From positions 64,001 to 128,000 of the forward strand of contig CAWCVB010000014.1 in the NCBI GenBank assembly GCA_963798915.1: a stretch of DNA of 64,000 bases, given 5' to 3'. The notes under the pieces are model-generated. The model ran no database searches and was not told where the DNA came from. It worked only from the letters and a program-made list of their open reading frames with translations. Shown here piece by piece: positions 37,495-46,322 of the stretch (positions are counted from its first letter, which is position 1; each line of letters opens with the position of its first letter). Source of the DNA: an uncultured Gemmatimonadales bacterium. GTDB taxonomy: Bacteria; Gemmatimonadota; Gemmatimonadetes; Gemmatimonadales; GWC2-71-9. Both the position numbers and the translations under genes were made by a program.

Positions 37495-38286
37495 AGTTCG
37501 TGCGGGACATCCGAAGCGGAGCCACGCTGCTCACCCCGCTCTTCCAAGCCTGCGACATCAGCCGGAAGATCGGCGACAAATGGCGCATCCAGTCTGAAGC
37601 GCGCCAGTATCATCTCACTCGGGGCCCATTCAGGCTGCTGCGCTGCCATGGGGTCGCACCTCCGCCGCTCCAGTCAGTCCGTCGCCCGGCAACATGCCTT
37701 CCGCGACCCGCGTCGCCTCACGGTGAATCACATGAAAGAGCTGCGGAACACTAAACCAGGACACCATGGTGTCGCCCGCCGTCCATGTATCAAGTGCGCG
37801 ATGGGCGTAGGTTGCGGGCCGACGTTCTGGATGCGGCGGCCATGTCACCGACAACGTAGGGGCGGAGTTGGTCGCGCGCCAGAACGGCCGGCCGGCCCAG
37901 CAGCTTCAGCCCCGGGTCAGGTGGCCGCTCATGTTGCGCTCGCGCCGGCGCTCGGGTCGCACCGAGCACACCCTTTCGCACGAAGCGGCGGTCGTCGACC
38001 TGGCGCAATAGTCTGGCGCAGTTCAACGCGCCCCGGTCCGACGCACGGCGGACAGGATGCCGCGCTTCGCCCTGGCAAGGGCCGCCCGCGCCGCATGATC
38101 AGCCGCCGCATTGTCCAGCGGCTCCCCGGTGATGAGCAGGCTCCCCCGGCGCAACGCGCGAGCTCAAGGGCAAGACCCGGTATTTCTGCAGTCAGGGGTG
38201 TGCCATTGCGTTCGAGGAGCATCCGCATCAGCATGGAGCTGAGCCATGAGCGCATCACTGATCACCCTGTCTCAGGAGCAGCAAGC

Positions 38287-38619
38287 ATGGTCTGCCGTAT
38301 CTGGCACGGCGTCGCGACCCCGGAACTCGCAGACGCCTACGAAGCGATTGTGCGGGGCCAAGTGATACCCGGTATCGAGGCGATGCAGATCCCGGGGTTT
38401 CGTCACATCGACCTGCTGCGCCGGGAGCGGGCAGACGACGTGGAATTCATGACGATCATGTGGTTGGACGACCTGGATGCGATCCGGGCATTTGTGGGCG
38501 AGGACTACGCGGTGAGCCACGTGCCGCCGGCAGCGCGTGCAGTGCTCAAGCAGTTCGACGAGCGAGCGACCCATTTCACGGTGCTTGATCGGAGGCCGCA
38601 GCCGCCCGCGATGACCTGA
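38287..38619 (+). CDS. Antibiotic biosynthesis monooxygenase (ABM)-like protein
   Basis: RIWHG, IPGF, EFMTIMW, AFVGEDY, VPPAARAVL; AGGAG SD. Confidence 0.85.
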   Translation: MVCRIWHGVATPELADAYEAIVRGQVIPGIEAMQIPGFRHIDLLRRERADDVEFMTIMWLDDLDAIRAFVGEDYAVSHVPPAARAVLKQFDERATHFTVLDRRPQPPAMT

Positions 38620-38709
38620 CCTTCCCGTGCTGTCCGGGTATCTCTTTGAATCCATGCATCCTGTCTGTCGCCGGTTGCGGTGCTGTCACCTGGGAGGAAT
38701 CCAGCGAGC

Positions 38710-39987
38710 ATGAGTGCAACCCGCCTCGGCCTGCGCCAGAACGCAGCCCAGTTCTCGCTGCTGGTACTGGTGAACATGTTCGTCGGCGGGATGGTCGGCA
38801 TGGAGCGCAGTATCCTGCCCGCCCTCGCCGAGCAGGAGTTCCACCTGGCGGCCCGTACCGCCATCCTGTCGTTCATCGTAGTCTTCGGTATCACGAAGGC
38901 ACTCACCAATTACTTCGCTGGCCGCTTCGCGGATCGCTACGGCCGCCGGATCATCCTGGTGGTCGGCTGGCTGGTGGCGGCCCCGGTGCCGTTCGCCCTG
39001 ATGTGGGCACCCTCGTGGTCGTGGATCCTCGCCGCCAACGTGGCGCTGGGGGTGAGCCAGGGACTCACCTGGTCCATGACGGTCATCATGAAGGTCGACC
39101 TCGCCGGTCCATCCCGGCGGGGACTGGCCATGGGGCTCAACGAGTTTGCCGGCTACTTCGCGGTGGGACTTGCGGCGCTCGGCACTGGCTACATCGCAGC
39201 ACGCCATGGTCTCCGGCCAGAGCCCTTCTATCTCGGCGTCGCATTCGTCGCCGCCGGACTTGGCCTTTCCGTATTGCTGGTTCGCGAGACCAGGCATCAC
39301 GCCGCTGCCGAATCGCGCCTGGTCGGTGATCTCGAAACGGCATCCATTCCCACGCCGCGCGACGTATTCTGGAGGACGTCGTTGCTCGATCGGAACCTCT
39401 CGAGCATCAGCCAGGCAGGGCTGGTCAACAACCTCAATGACGGCATGGCCTGGGGTCTCTTTCCCCTCATCTTTGCCTCCGCCGGCATGTCGCTCGAGCA
39501 GATCGGCACGCTGGCCGCCATCTACCCCGCGGTGTGGGGCATCGGCCAGCTCGTTACCGGCGCCTGGTCGGATCGTATCGGCCGGAAGGGCTTGATCGTT
39601 GCCGGAATGTGGGTACAGGCCGCGGGAATCGGAGTCATCGCGCTCGCACGAAGTTTCCTCGGGTTTGCAGCGGGCGCGGTGCTGCTGGGCTGCGGGACGG
39701 CGATGGTCTACCCGACGCTGCTGGCGGCCATCGGTGATGTCGCCCATCCCGCCTGGCGCGCGTCGTCGGTGGGGGTGTACCGGCTCTGGCGTGACCTGGG
39801 CTATGCGGTGGGGGCAGTTCTGGCCGGTACGATGGCGGATCTGTACGGCCTCGCGACGGCGACATGGACCATCGGGGCGCTGACGTTCGCTTCCGGCGTT
39901 GTCGTCGTCCTGCGCATGCGCGAGACGCACGCGGGCCGGTACCGGGACACGCTGCCGCCCTCGGCGAGGATGATCATGGAGGACTGA
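38710..39987 (+). CDS. MFS transporter
   Basis: ~12 hydrophobic segments; GRFADRYGRR and WSDRIGRK motif A. Confidence 0.92.
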   Translation: MSATRLGLRQNAAQFSLLVLVNMFVGGMVGMERSILPALAEQEFHLAARTAILSFIVVFGITKALTNYFAGRFADRYGRRIILVVGWLVAAPVPFALMWAPSWSWILAANVALGVSQGLTWSMTVIMKVDLAGPSRRGLAMGLNEFAGYFAVGLAALGTGYIAARHGLRPEPFYLGVAFVAAGLGLSVLLVRETRHHAAAESRLVGDLETASIPTPRDVFWRTSLLDRNLSSISQAGLVNNLNDGMAWGLFPLIFASAGMSLEQIGTLAAIYPAVWGIGQLVTGAWSDRIGRKGLIVAGMWVQAAGIGVIALARSFLGFAAGAVLLGCGTAMVYPTLLAAIGDVAHPAWRASSVGVYRLWRDLGYAVGAVLAGTMADLYGLATATWTIGALTFASGVVVVLRMRETHAGRYRDTLPPSARMIMED

Positions 39988-40005
39988 CGCGGCGCCGGCA
40001 TCTGC

Positions 40006-40677
40006 TCACTCCACTTCCAGTGCCCGCCACATATACCAGCTTGCCATGCTGCGGTAGGGCCGCCAGCACTCGCCGTGCGCGAGCAGCGTCTTCGGCTTGG
40101 GAAGTTTCCGGAGGCCGTACGTCGCCGCGAAGCCCTTCTGCACGCCGAGGTCTCCGCAGGGCAGCACGTCGGGCCGGCCCAGCCGGAACATCAGCAGCAT
40201 CTCCACCGTCCACACGCCGATGCCGCGCACGGCTGTCAGCCGCTCGATGAGTTCTTCGTCGGGCATGCGGCGCGCACGCGCCAGCTTGGGCACGGTACCG
40301 TCGAGGACCTTGGCGGAGAGGTCCCGCAAGGCCAGCACCTTGTTGCGTGAGAGGCCGGCGCTTCGCAACGGCGCATCCTCGGTCTCGAGCACGGCCTGCG
40401 GGGCGGGGAAGCGCCGTGGCCGATACAACTTGACGAACCGGCCGAAGATCGTCGCCGCTGCCTTGCCCGACAGCTGCTGGTAGACGATCGATTCGGCGAG
40501 GGCGTGATAGATGCTCTGGGTCTTGACCGGCGTCAGCGCAAAGGGAACCGAGCGCCGCATCAGCGCCGCGAGCACAGGATCCTGGCGCGCCAGGTGTCGC
40601 CGCGCGGCGCGGGGATCGTACTCGAGTGCACCGCTGCCAACGCGGCGACTCCGGTCTCCGGGGACAAAAGCAGGCAT
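40006..40677 (-). CDS. alkA: DNA-3-methyladenine glycosylase II (HhH-GPD)
   Basis: SIVYQQLSGKAA, GLSRNK, GIGVWT, DVLPCGDLG, WRPYRS. Confidence 0.88.
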   Translation of the reverse strand: MPAFVPGDRSRRVGSGALEYDPRAARRHLARQDPVLAALMRRSVPFALTPVKTQSIYHALAESIVYQQLSGKAAATIFGRFVKLYRPRRFPAPQAVLETEDAPLRSAGLSRNKVLALRDLSAKVLDGTVPKLARARRMPDEELIERLTAVRGIGVWTVEMLLMFRLGRPDVLPCGDLGVQKGFAATYGLRKLPKPKTLLAHGECWRPYRSMASWYMWRALEVE

Positions 40678-40705
40678 GGGTGTTCCGGTTGTGGGTTGCA
40701 GATCG

Positions 40706-40741
40706 AGGGTCGCGGGTCGAGGGTCACGGGTCGCGGGTCGA
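40706..40741. repeat. 7-bp tandem repeat (GGGTCGC-like x5)
   Basis: gagggtcgcgggtcgagggtcacgggtcgcgggtcga. Confidence 0.75.
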
Positions 40742-40766
40742 CCAAGCCTGCCCTCATGTCGTTCCG

Positions 40767-40870
40767 TGAACTTCCGCGTTCGCGGGGATGACGGGGATCC
40801 ATGAGCGGTCGCGCGTGGTGAATCGTCATGCCCGACGCCCTCATGGACCCCCGCTTTCGCGGCGGTGACG
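40767..40870. repeat. Two 27-bp REP-like palindromic elements (40767-40793, 40844-40870)
   Basis: TGAACTTCCGCGTTCGCGGGGATGACG and TGGACCCCCGCTTTCGCGGCGGTGACG. Confidence 0.7.
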
Positions 40871-40887
40871 ATCCGGCGAGCGTTCGG

Positions 40888-40930
40888 CCCGCCCATCCCG
40901 CCCATCCCGCCCATCCCGCCCATCCCGCCC
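40888..40930. repeat. 9-bp tandem repeat (CCCGCCCAT x4+)
   Basis: Same unit as in the array after tRNA-Lys; abuts a -10 box. Confidence 0.85.
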
Positions 40931-40942
40931 TATCTTCCACCC

Positions 40943-42337
40943 ATGACACCCGACGAATTTCGCGCGCACGCGCACCAGCTGGTGGACTGGATGGCCGACT
41001 ATCTTCGCGACGTCGGCTCGCTTCCGGTCACGCCCGATGTCCAGCCCGGCCAGATTCGTTCGTTGCTGCCGTCGGCGCCGCCGGAGCAGGGGGAGGCCTT
41101 CGCCCGGATCTTCCAGGATTTTCAGCACCTGATCGTACCCGGAATGACGCACTGGAACCATCCCGGCTGGTTTGCCTACTTCCCGGCCAACAGCAGTCCG
41201 CCCAGCATCCTCGCGGAAATGTTGACGGCCACCTTGGGCGCGCAGTGCATGTCCTGGAGCACCTCGCCAGCTGCGACGGAGCTGGAGCAGGTGACGCTGG
41301 ACTGGCTCCGCCAGCTCTGTGGGTTGCCCGAGACCTTCACCGGCGTCATCCAGGACACCGCCTCCACCGCCACCCTCGTTGCGATCATCTCGGCCCGGGA
41401 GCGCGCCCGCGCGCGGGCGGGCAACGCGCCGTTCACCGTGTATGCCTCGGGCGAGGCCCATTCATCGGTGGCGAAGTCGGTGCGGCTCGCCGGGCTGGGG
41501 GACGAGGCGCTCCGGCAGGTACCAGTGGACGCTGCGTTCGCCATGGATCCGGCCGCGCTTCAGGCCATGATTCGCGACGACCGATCGCGCGGGCTGGAGC
41601 CAGCCTGCATAGTTGCCACAGTGGGCACGACCTCCTCCACGGCGGTGGATCCGCTGACGGCCATCGGCGCCGTCGCCGAGGCTGAGGGGATCTGGTTGCA
41701 TGTGGACGCGGCGTACGCCGGGAGCGCCGCGCTGCTGCCGGAATGCCGGCCGTACTTTGCCGGGCTCGAGCGTGCCGACAGCTATGTCTTCAATCCTCAC
41801 AAGTGGCTGCTGGTGAACTTTGACTGCAGCGCCTACTACGTGCGAGACGTCCCGGCCCTGCTCCAGGCCTGCAGCATTTCGCCCGAGTACCTTCGCACCG
41901 CCTACGATGCCGAGGTCGTAAACTATCGCGACTGGGGCATCCAGCTTGGCCGGCGCTTCCGAGCGCTCAAGCTCTGGTTCATGCTCCGCAGCTATGGCGC
42001 CGACGGCGTGCGCGACATGCTGCGGCGACATCTTGGGATGGCGCGCCGGTTCCGCGAGTGGCTCGAGCAGGAACCCGCCTTCGAGGTCATGGCGCCATCC
42101 CCCTTCGGACTGGTGTGCTTCCGGCATCGTCCGCCTGGGCTGGAAGACGGCCCCGCGCTCGATCACCACAATGAACGGCTGCTCACCCGCATCAACGCCG
42201 CCCGCCAGGTCCACCTCACCCATACCCGGCTGGCCGGCAATTTTGCAATCCGCATGGCCATCGGTCAGTGGCAGACCGGGGATCGCGACGTTGCCCTGGC
42301 CTGGCAGCTCATTACCGAAGCTGCATCGACGGCTTGA
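40943..42337 (+). CDS. PLP-dependent aromatic-L-amino-acid decarboxylase (group II)
   Basis: THWNHP, SPAATELE, AHSS, HVDAAYAG, NPHKW, GRRFRALKLW. Confidence 0.92.
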   Translation: MTPDEFRAHAHQLVDWMADYLRDVGSLPVTPDVQPGQIRSLLPSAPPEQGEAFARIFQDFQHLIVPGMTHWNHPGWFAYFPANSSPPSILAEMLTATLGAQCMSWSTSPAATELEQVTLDWLRQLCGLPETFTGVIQDTASTATLVAIISARERARARAGNAPFTVYASGEAHSSVAKSVRLAGLGDEALRQVPVDAAFAMDPAALQAMIRDDRSRGLEPACIVATVGTTSSTAVDPLTAIGAVAEAEGIWLHVDAAYAGSAALLPECRPYFAGLERADSYVFNPHKWLLVNFDCSAYYVRDVPALLQACSISPEYLRTAYDAEVVNYRDWGIQLGRRFRALKLWFMLRSYGADGVRDMLRRHLGMARRFREWLEQEPAFEVMAPSPFGLVCFRHRPPGLEDGPALDHHNERLLTRINAARQVHLTHTRLAGNFAIRMAIGQWQTGDRDVALAWQLITEAASTA

Positions 42338-45131
42338 CGGCAGGCATGGGACCGGGATCGTCCAGCAGCGGTGCGAGGTAGCGCCCCGTCGGGGAGGATG
42401 GCTCCGCTGCGATCTGTTCCGGCGGCCCCTGCACCACGACCCGGCCGCCATGCTTCCCTGCGCCCGGTCCCATCTCGATGACCCAGTCGGCCCGCTTGAT
42501 CACGTCCAGGTGGTGTTCGATGACCACCACGGTATGCCCCGCGTCCACCAGCCGGTCCAGCACCTGGAGAAGCACCCGCACGTCGTCGAGATGAAGCCCG
42601 GTGGTGGGCTCATCCATCAGGTAGAGCTTGCGGCCGCTTCGGCGGCCCGCCGTGATCAGTTCCCGCGCGATCTTGAGCCGCTGAGCCTCGCCGCCCGAGA
42701 GGGTGGTCGCCGGCTGGCCCAGCCGCAGGTAGCCAAGGCCAACCTGCTGCAGCTGCCAGAGCGCTGCGCCCAGCCTGGGCTGGTGGCGGAACCGGGTGAT
42801 GGCTTCGGTGACGCTCCACTGCAGGACGTCATGGATCGAATGTCCATGGATCTTCACGTCCAGCACTTCCCGCTGGTAGCGCGTGGCGCCGCAGACTTCG
42901 CACGGGACATAGACGTCGGCCAGGAAGACCATCTCGACCTGAACATGTCCAGCTCCCTCGCACGCCTCGCAGCGCCCGCCGGCCAGGTTGAACGAGAAGG
43001 TGGAGGCGGTGTAACCCCGTTGGCGTGCCAGCGGCTGCGCCGCGAACAGCTCCCGGATCTCGTCGAATGCCTTGATGTAGGTGACCGGGTTTGAACGAGG
43101 CGTGCGCCCGATGGGAGACTGGTCGATCAGCAGCACGTCGCTCAGTGTCTCCCACCCGGACAGCTCGCGCACTGCGCCGATCTCCTCGCCCAGGTGCTGC
43201 TTGGCCGACGAGCCGCCGTGGAGCCGCTTTTCCAGCTGGCGGTAGAGAATGTCATGCACCAGCGTGCTCTTGCCGGAGCCCGAGACGCCGGTGACGGCGG
43301 TCAGCGTGGCAAGCGGGATGTCCATGTCCACATTGTCGAGCGTGTGGAGCGTTGCTCCGCGCAGCTTCAGCCAGGCCGGCCCGGTCTCACGCCGGGCGCT
43401 GGGCACGGCAATGCGCTTCCGACCAGTGAGATAGTCGCCAGTGAGGGACGCATTGGCATCCCCCAGCGATCCGGCATGCACCACCTCGCCGCCATGCTCG
43501 CCCGCGCCCGGCCCGAGTTCGAGGATGTAATCGGCCTGGGAGATCACGGCGGGATCATGCTCCACGACCAGCACGGTGTTGCCGAGATCCCGAAGGCGGC
43601 GCAGCACGGCAAGGAGTCGCTCCGTGTCGCGGGGATGCAGGCCGATGCTGGGTTCGTCCAGAACGTAGAGCGTGTCCACCAGCCGGGCTCCCAGTGCATT
43701 CGCCAGGGAAATGCGCTGCGCCTCGCCCCCCGACAAGGTGCGGGCCTGCCGGTCCAGGGTGAGGTACCCGAGTCCCACGTCGCGCAGGAACGATATTCGG
43801 GCCGACACCTGCTCCAGCACCAGGTCGGCAACGGTGCGGTCGCGGGGCCCGAGTTCCAGGCCGGCGAACCAGTCCGCCGTCTCGTCCAGCGAAAGTGCCG
43901 CGATTTCGCCGATATGGCGGCCAGCCACCTTGACAGCCCGGGCGTCGTCGTTGAGGCGCGTGCCACCGCACGCCGAGCAGGGCTCGGCCAGCTGATACTG
44001 CCGCAGGAAGACCCGGATGTACTGCTTGTATCGCTTTTCTTCGAGCCCCTCGAGGAAAGGGAAGATGCCGATGTACTTGCCCTTCCGGCCATGGAGCAAT
44101 TCCTGGCGCACGCTTGCCTTGAGCCGGCGCCAAGGCGCGTCGGGATCGGCCCCAAGCGCCTTGGCGCGCTCGACCACGAGGCGACGCCGGGCCTCGTAGC
44201 GCGGCTTGGTCCAGGGGTCAATGGCACCGTCGCGAACGCTGCGCTCTGGATCGGGGACGATGAGCCGTTCATCGTATTCCAGCGTGGCGCCAAAGCCGTT
44301 GCACGTGGCGCAGGCACCGCGTGGATTGTTGAATGAAAAGAGCGACGGCGTGATGGAAGCCGCTGGCGTGTCGCAACTGCTGCAGGCAAGAAACTCGGTG
44401 AAGCGCAGCTGGCGCCCGTCGTCCAGCACGGCAATCGCAATCCCCTCGCCTTCGGCGAAGGCGGTGGAGATGGCCTCGTGCAATCGCCCGGCGCTGGTGT
44501 CCGTGACGCTCAGCCGGTCCACCATGACGAGCAGCCCAGCATCCGCCGCGAGGTCGGTGCCGGCCGCGAGGTCCTCGAGATGCCGCGACTCGCCATGATG
44601 CAGCACGCGGACGAATCCCATGGCCCGCAGGTTTTCCACGATGGCATCGTGACTATGGCGCGCCGAGGCGGGCAGGGGAAACGTCACCACGACGCGGGCG
44701 GCGCCGGAGGACAGAATGTCGGCGACCGCGATTTCCGGCGTCTCGCGCCGGACCGGCGCGCCACAATGGCGGCAGAAAGGTTGCCCGATCCTGGCCCAGA
44801 GGAGGCGGAGGAAATCATAAATCTCGGTCGCCGTCCCCACCGTGGAGCGGCTGGAGACGGCGGGATTCCGCTGCTCGATGGCAACCGCGGGCGCCAGCCC
44901 GTCGATCCGATCGACGTCCGGCTTGGGCATGCGCTCGAGAAACTGCTTGGCGTACGTGGAAAGCGACTCAATGTAGCGCCGCTGGCCTTCCGCGTAGATG
45001 GTGTCGAAGGCGAGCGAGGACTTGCCTGAGCCTGAGGGGCCGGTGATCACCACGAGCGAGCGGTGGGGCAGCTCGACGGAGATCCCCTTCAGGTTGTGCT
45101 GGCGGGCGTTCACCACGCGAATCATCGACAC
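42312..45131 (-). CDS. uvrA: Excinuclease ABC subunit A (start GTG 45131 or ATG 45125)
   Basis: GPSGSGKSSLAFDT, AEGQRRY, two LSGGEAQR signatures, zinc fingers, GVSGSGKST. Confidence 0.95.
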   Translation of the reverse strand: MSMIRVVNARQHNLKGISVELPHRSLVVITGPSGSGKSSLAFDTIYAEGQRRYIESLSTYAKQFLERMPKPDVDRIDGLAPAVAIEQRNPAVSSRSTVGTATEIYDFLRLLWARIGQPFCRHCGAPVRRETPEIAVADILSSGAARVVVTFPLPASARHSHDAIVENLRAMGFVRVLHHGESRHLEDLAAGTDLAADAGLLVMVDRLSVTDTSAGRLHEAISTAFAEGEGIAIAVLDDGRQLRFTEFLACSSCDTPAASITPSLFSFNNPRGACATCNGFGATLEYDERLIVPDPERSVRDGAIDPWTKPRYEARRRLVVERAKALGADPDAPWRRLKASVRQELLHGRKGKYIGIFPFLEGLEEKRYKQYIRVFLRQYQLAEPCSACGGTRLNDDARAVKVAGRHIGEIAALSLDETADWFAGLELGPRDRTVADLVLEQVSARISFLRDVGLGYLTLDRQARTLSGGEAQRISLANALGARLVDTLYVLDEPSIGLHPRDTERLLAVLRRLRDLGNTVLVVEHDPAVISQADYILELGPGAGEHGGEVVHAGSLGDANASLTGDYLTGRKRIAVPSARRETGPAWLKLRGATLHTLDNVDMDIPLATLTAVTGVSGSGKSTLVHDILYRQLEKRLHGGSSAKQHLGEEIGAVRELSGWETLSDVLLIDQSPIGRTPRSNPVTYIKAFDEIRELFAAQPLARQRGYTASTFSFNLAGGRCEACEGAGHVQVEMVFLADVYVPCEVCGATRYQREVLDVKIHGHSIHDVLQWSVTEAITRFRHQPRLGAALWQLQQVGLGYLRLGQPATTLSGGEAQRLKIARELITAGRRSGRKLYLMDEPTTGLHLDDVRVLLQVLDRLVDAGHTVVVIEHHLDVIKRADWVIEMGPGAGKHGGRVVVQGPPEQIAAEPSSPTGRYLAPLLDDPGPMPAVKPSMQLR

Positions 45132-45224
45132 AGCGGAAGAATAGCCAGCGGCCCTGCTTCGGGAAAGTTTCGGGTAGTGAGCGTCTGTCCGAGCTTCCGT
45201 TCCGCCGTTAAACTTCCCGGCTTC

Positions 45225-46322
45225 ATGGCCAAACTTCTTACTCCGAAGGTCCTGGTCCGCGGCTTCGAGATCTTCGTGCTCGCGTCCCTGGTCGGTTTCG
45301 GGCTCACCCTGTGGTACGGCAACAACCTCGGCGCATTCGCCACCGGGTTGCGCAATGTCCACTGGGCGTGGCTGCTCGTTGGCCTGGGCCTGGCTTCCAT
45401 GGACTGGATCGGTGGCGGGCTCCGGCTCTGGGTCGTGGCCCGCCAGCTCATGCCCAATCCATCCCTGAAGGGCATGGTCCTGGCCGGGGGGATGAGCGCC
45501 TGGGCGGCGTACATCACGCCGCTGCAGTCGGGTGCCTTCCCGATGATGATGTACACCATGCGCCGCTACGGCATCCCATTGCCGGTGGCCGCCACCTGCG
45601 CCCTGATGGGCTTTGTCGGCACGGTCGGCTTCTTTGCGATTGCCGGGCCGCTGGCGCTGCTGGCCGGTGCCGGCAAGGCGCTGGGCACTCAGGGCAATGT
45701 GCTGGGGCTGTCGCTCTACGACCTCTTTCTTGGCAGCCTTACCGTGTTCGCCGGACTGGGGGCGCTGCTGGTGCTGGTGATGATCTTCCCGCGGCTCGTC
45801 CGGAATCTGCTCGACCGGCTGGCGGGATGGCTGGGCCGGCGGAGCACCCGGTTTGCCTCGCGGGTGGAGGGCGTGCGCCAGGGCCTGGACGAAGCCCATG
45901 GTCATCTGGTCAAGCTCAACAGTCCACGCGGATGGCTGTCGGTGTTTCTCTGCATCGTGCTTTCGGGCCCTTCGCACTCCAACAAGCTGCTCGCTGGCTA
46001 TGCCACGCTCCGGGCCCTCGGGATCCACACCAACTTTGTCGACGTCCTGCTTCTCCAGACCTTCATTGCCTTCCTGCTCTACTTCGCTCCGACACCCGGG
46101 GCCTCCGGAATCGCGGAAGTGATGTCCGCGGCCGTGATGTCGGTGTATGTGGCCAAGGCGCTGACGCCGCTGTATACGTTGCTCTGGCGGCTCATCCTCA
46201 GCTGGTACACGGTCGGCTTCGGGTTTGTGGTGTTTGCCCGCTGGGTGCGCCAGGGACTCCGGAGTTTCGGTGTGGCGCACGGTGACAACGGACCGCCCGA
46301 GCCGCAGGCGGCGCCCTCATGA
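45225..46322 (+). CDS. Lysylphosphatidylglycerol synthase TM-domain (flippase-like) protein
   Basis: Multi-TM; ITPLQSG, PTPGASGIAE, WR motifs. Confidence 0.8.
   Translation: MAKLLTPKVLVRGFEIFVLASLVGFGLTLWYGNNLGAFATGLRNVHWAWLLVGLGLASMDWIGGGLRLWVVARQLMPNPSLKGMVLAGGMSAWAAYITPLQSGAFPMMMYTMRRYGIPLPVAATCALMGFVGTVGFFAIAGPLALLAGAGKALGTQGNVLGLSLYDLFLGSLTVFAGLGALLVLVMIFPRLVRNLLDRLAGWLGRRSTRFASRVEGVRQGLDEAHGHLVKLNSPRGWLSVFLCIVLSGPSHSNKLLAGYATLRALGIHTNFVDVLLLQTFIAFLLYFAPTPGASGIAEVMSAAVMSVYVAKALTPLYTLLWRLILSWYTVGFGFVVFARWVRQGLRSFGVAHGDNGPPEPQAAPS

Noticed and set aside
37530..38280. Coding sequence or structured RNA in the 750-bp gap upstream of the ABM gene
   Set aside because: Only low-complexity ORFs and a short palindrome (GACACCATGGTGTC, 37760-37773); nothing supportable without a database or covariance search.
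12088..40000. Prophage or ICE integrated at tRNA-Asn
   Set aside because: No integrase, phage or conjugation genes and no recognisable att direct repeat.
45132..46280. 385-aa N-terminal extension of UvrA in the ORF track
   Set aside because: It is the antisense shadow of the flippase-like gene; UvrA homology starts at MIRVVNARQHNLK.
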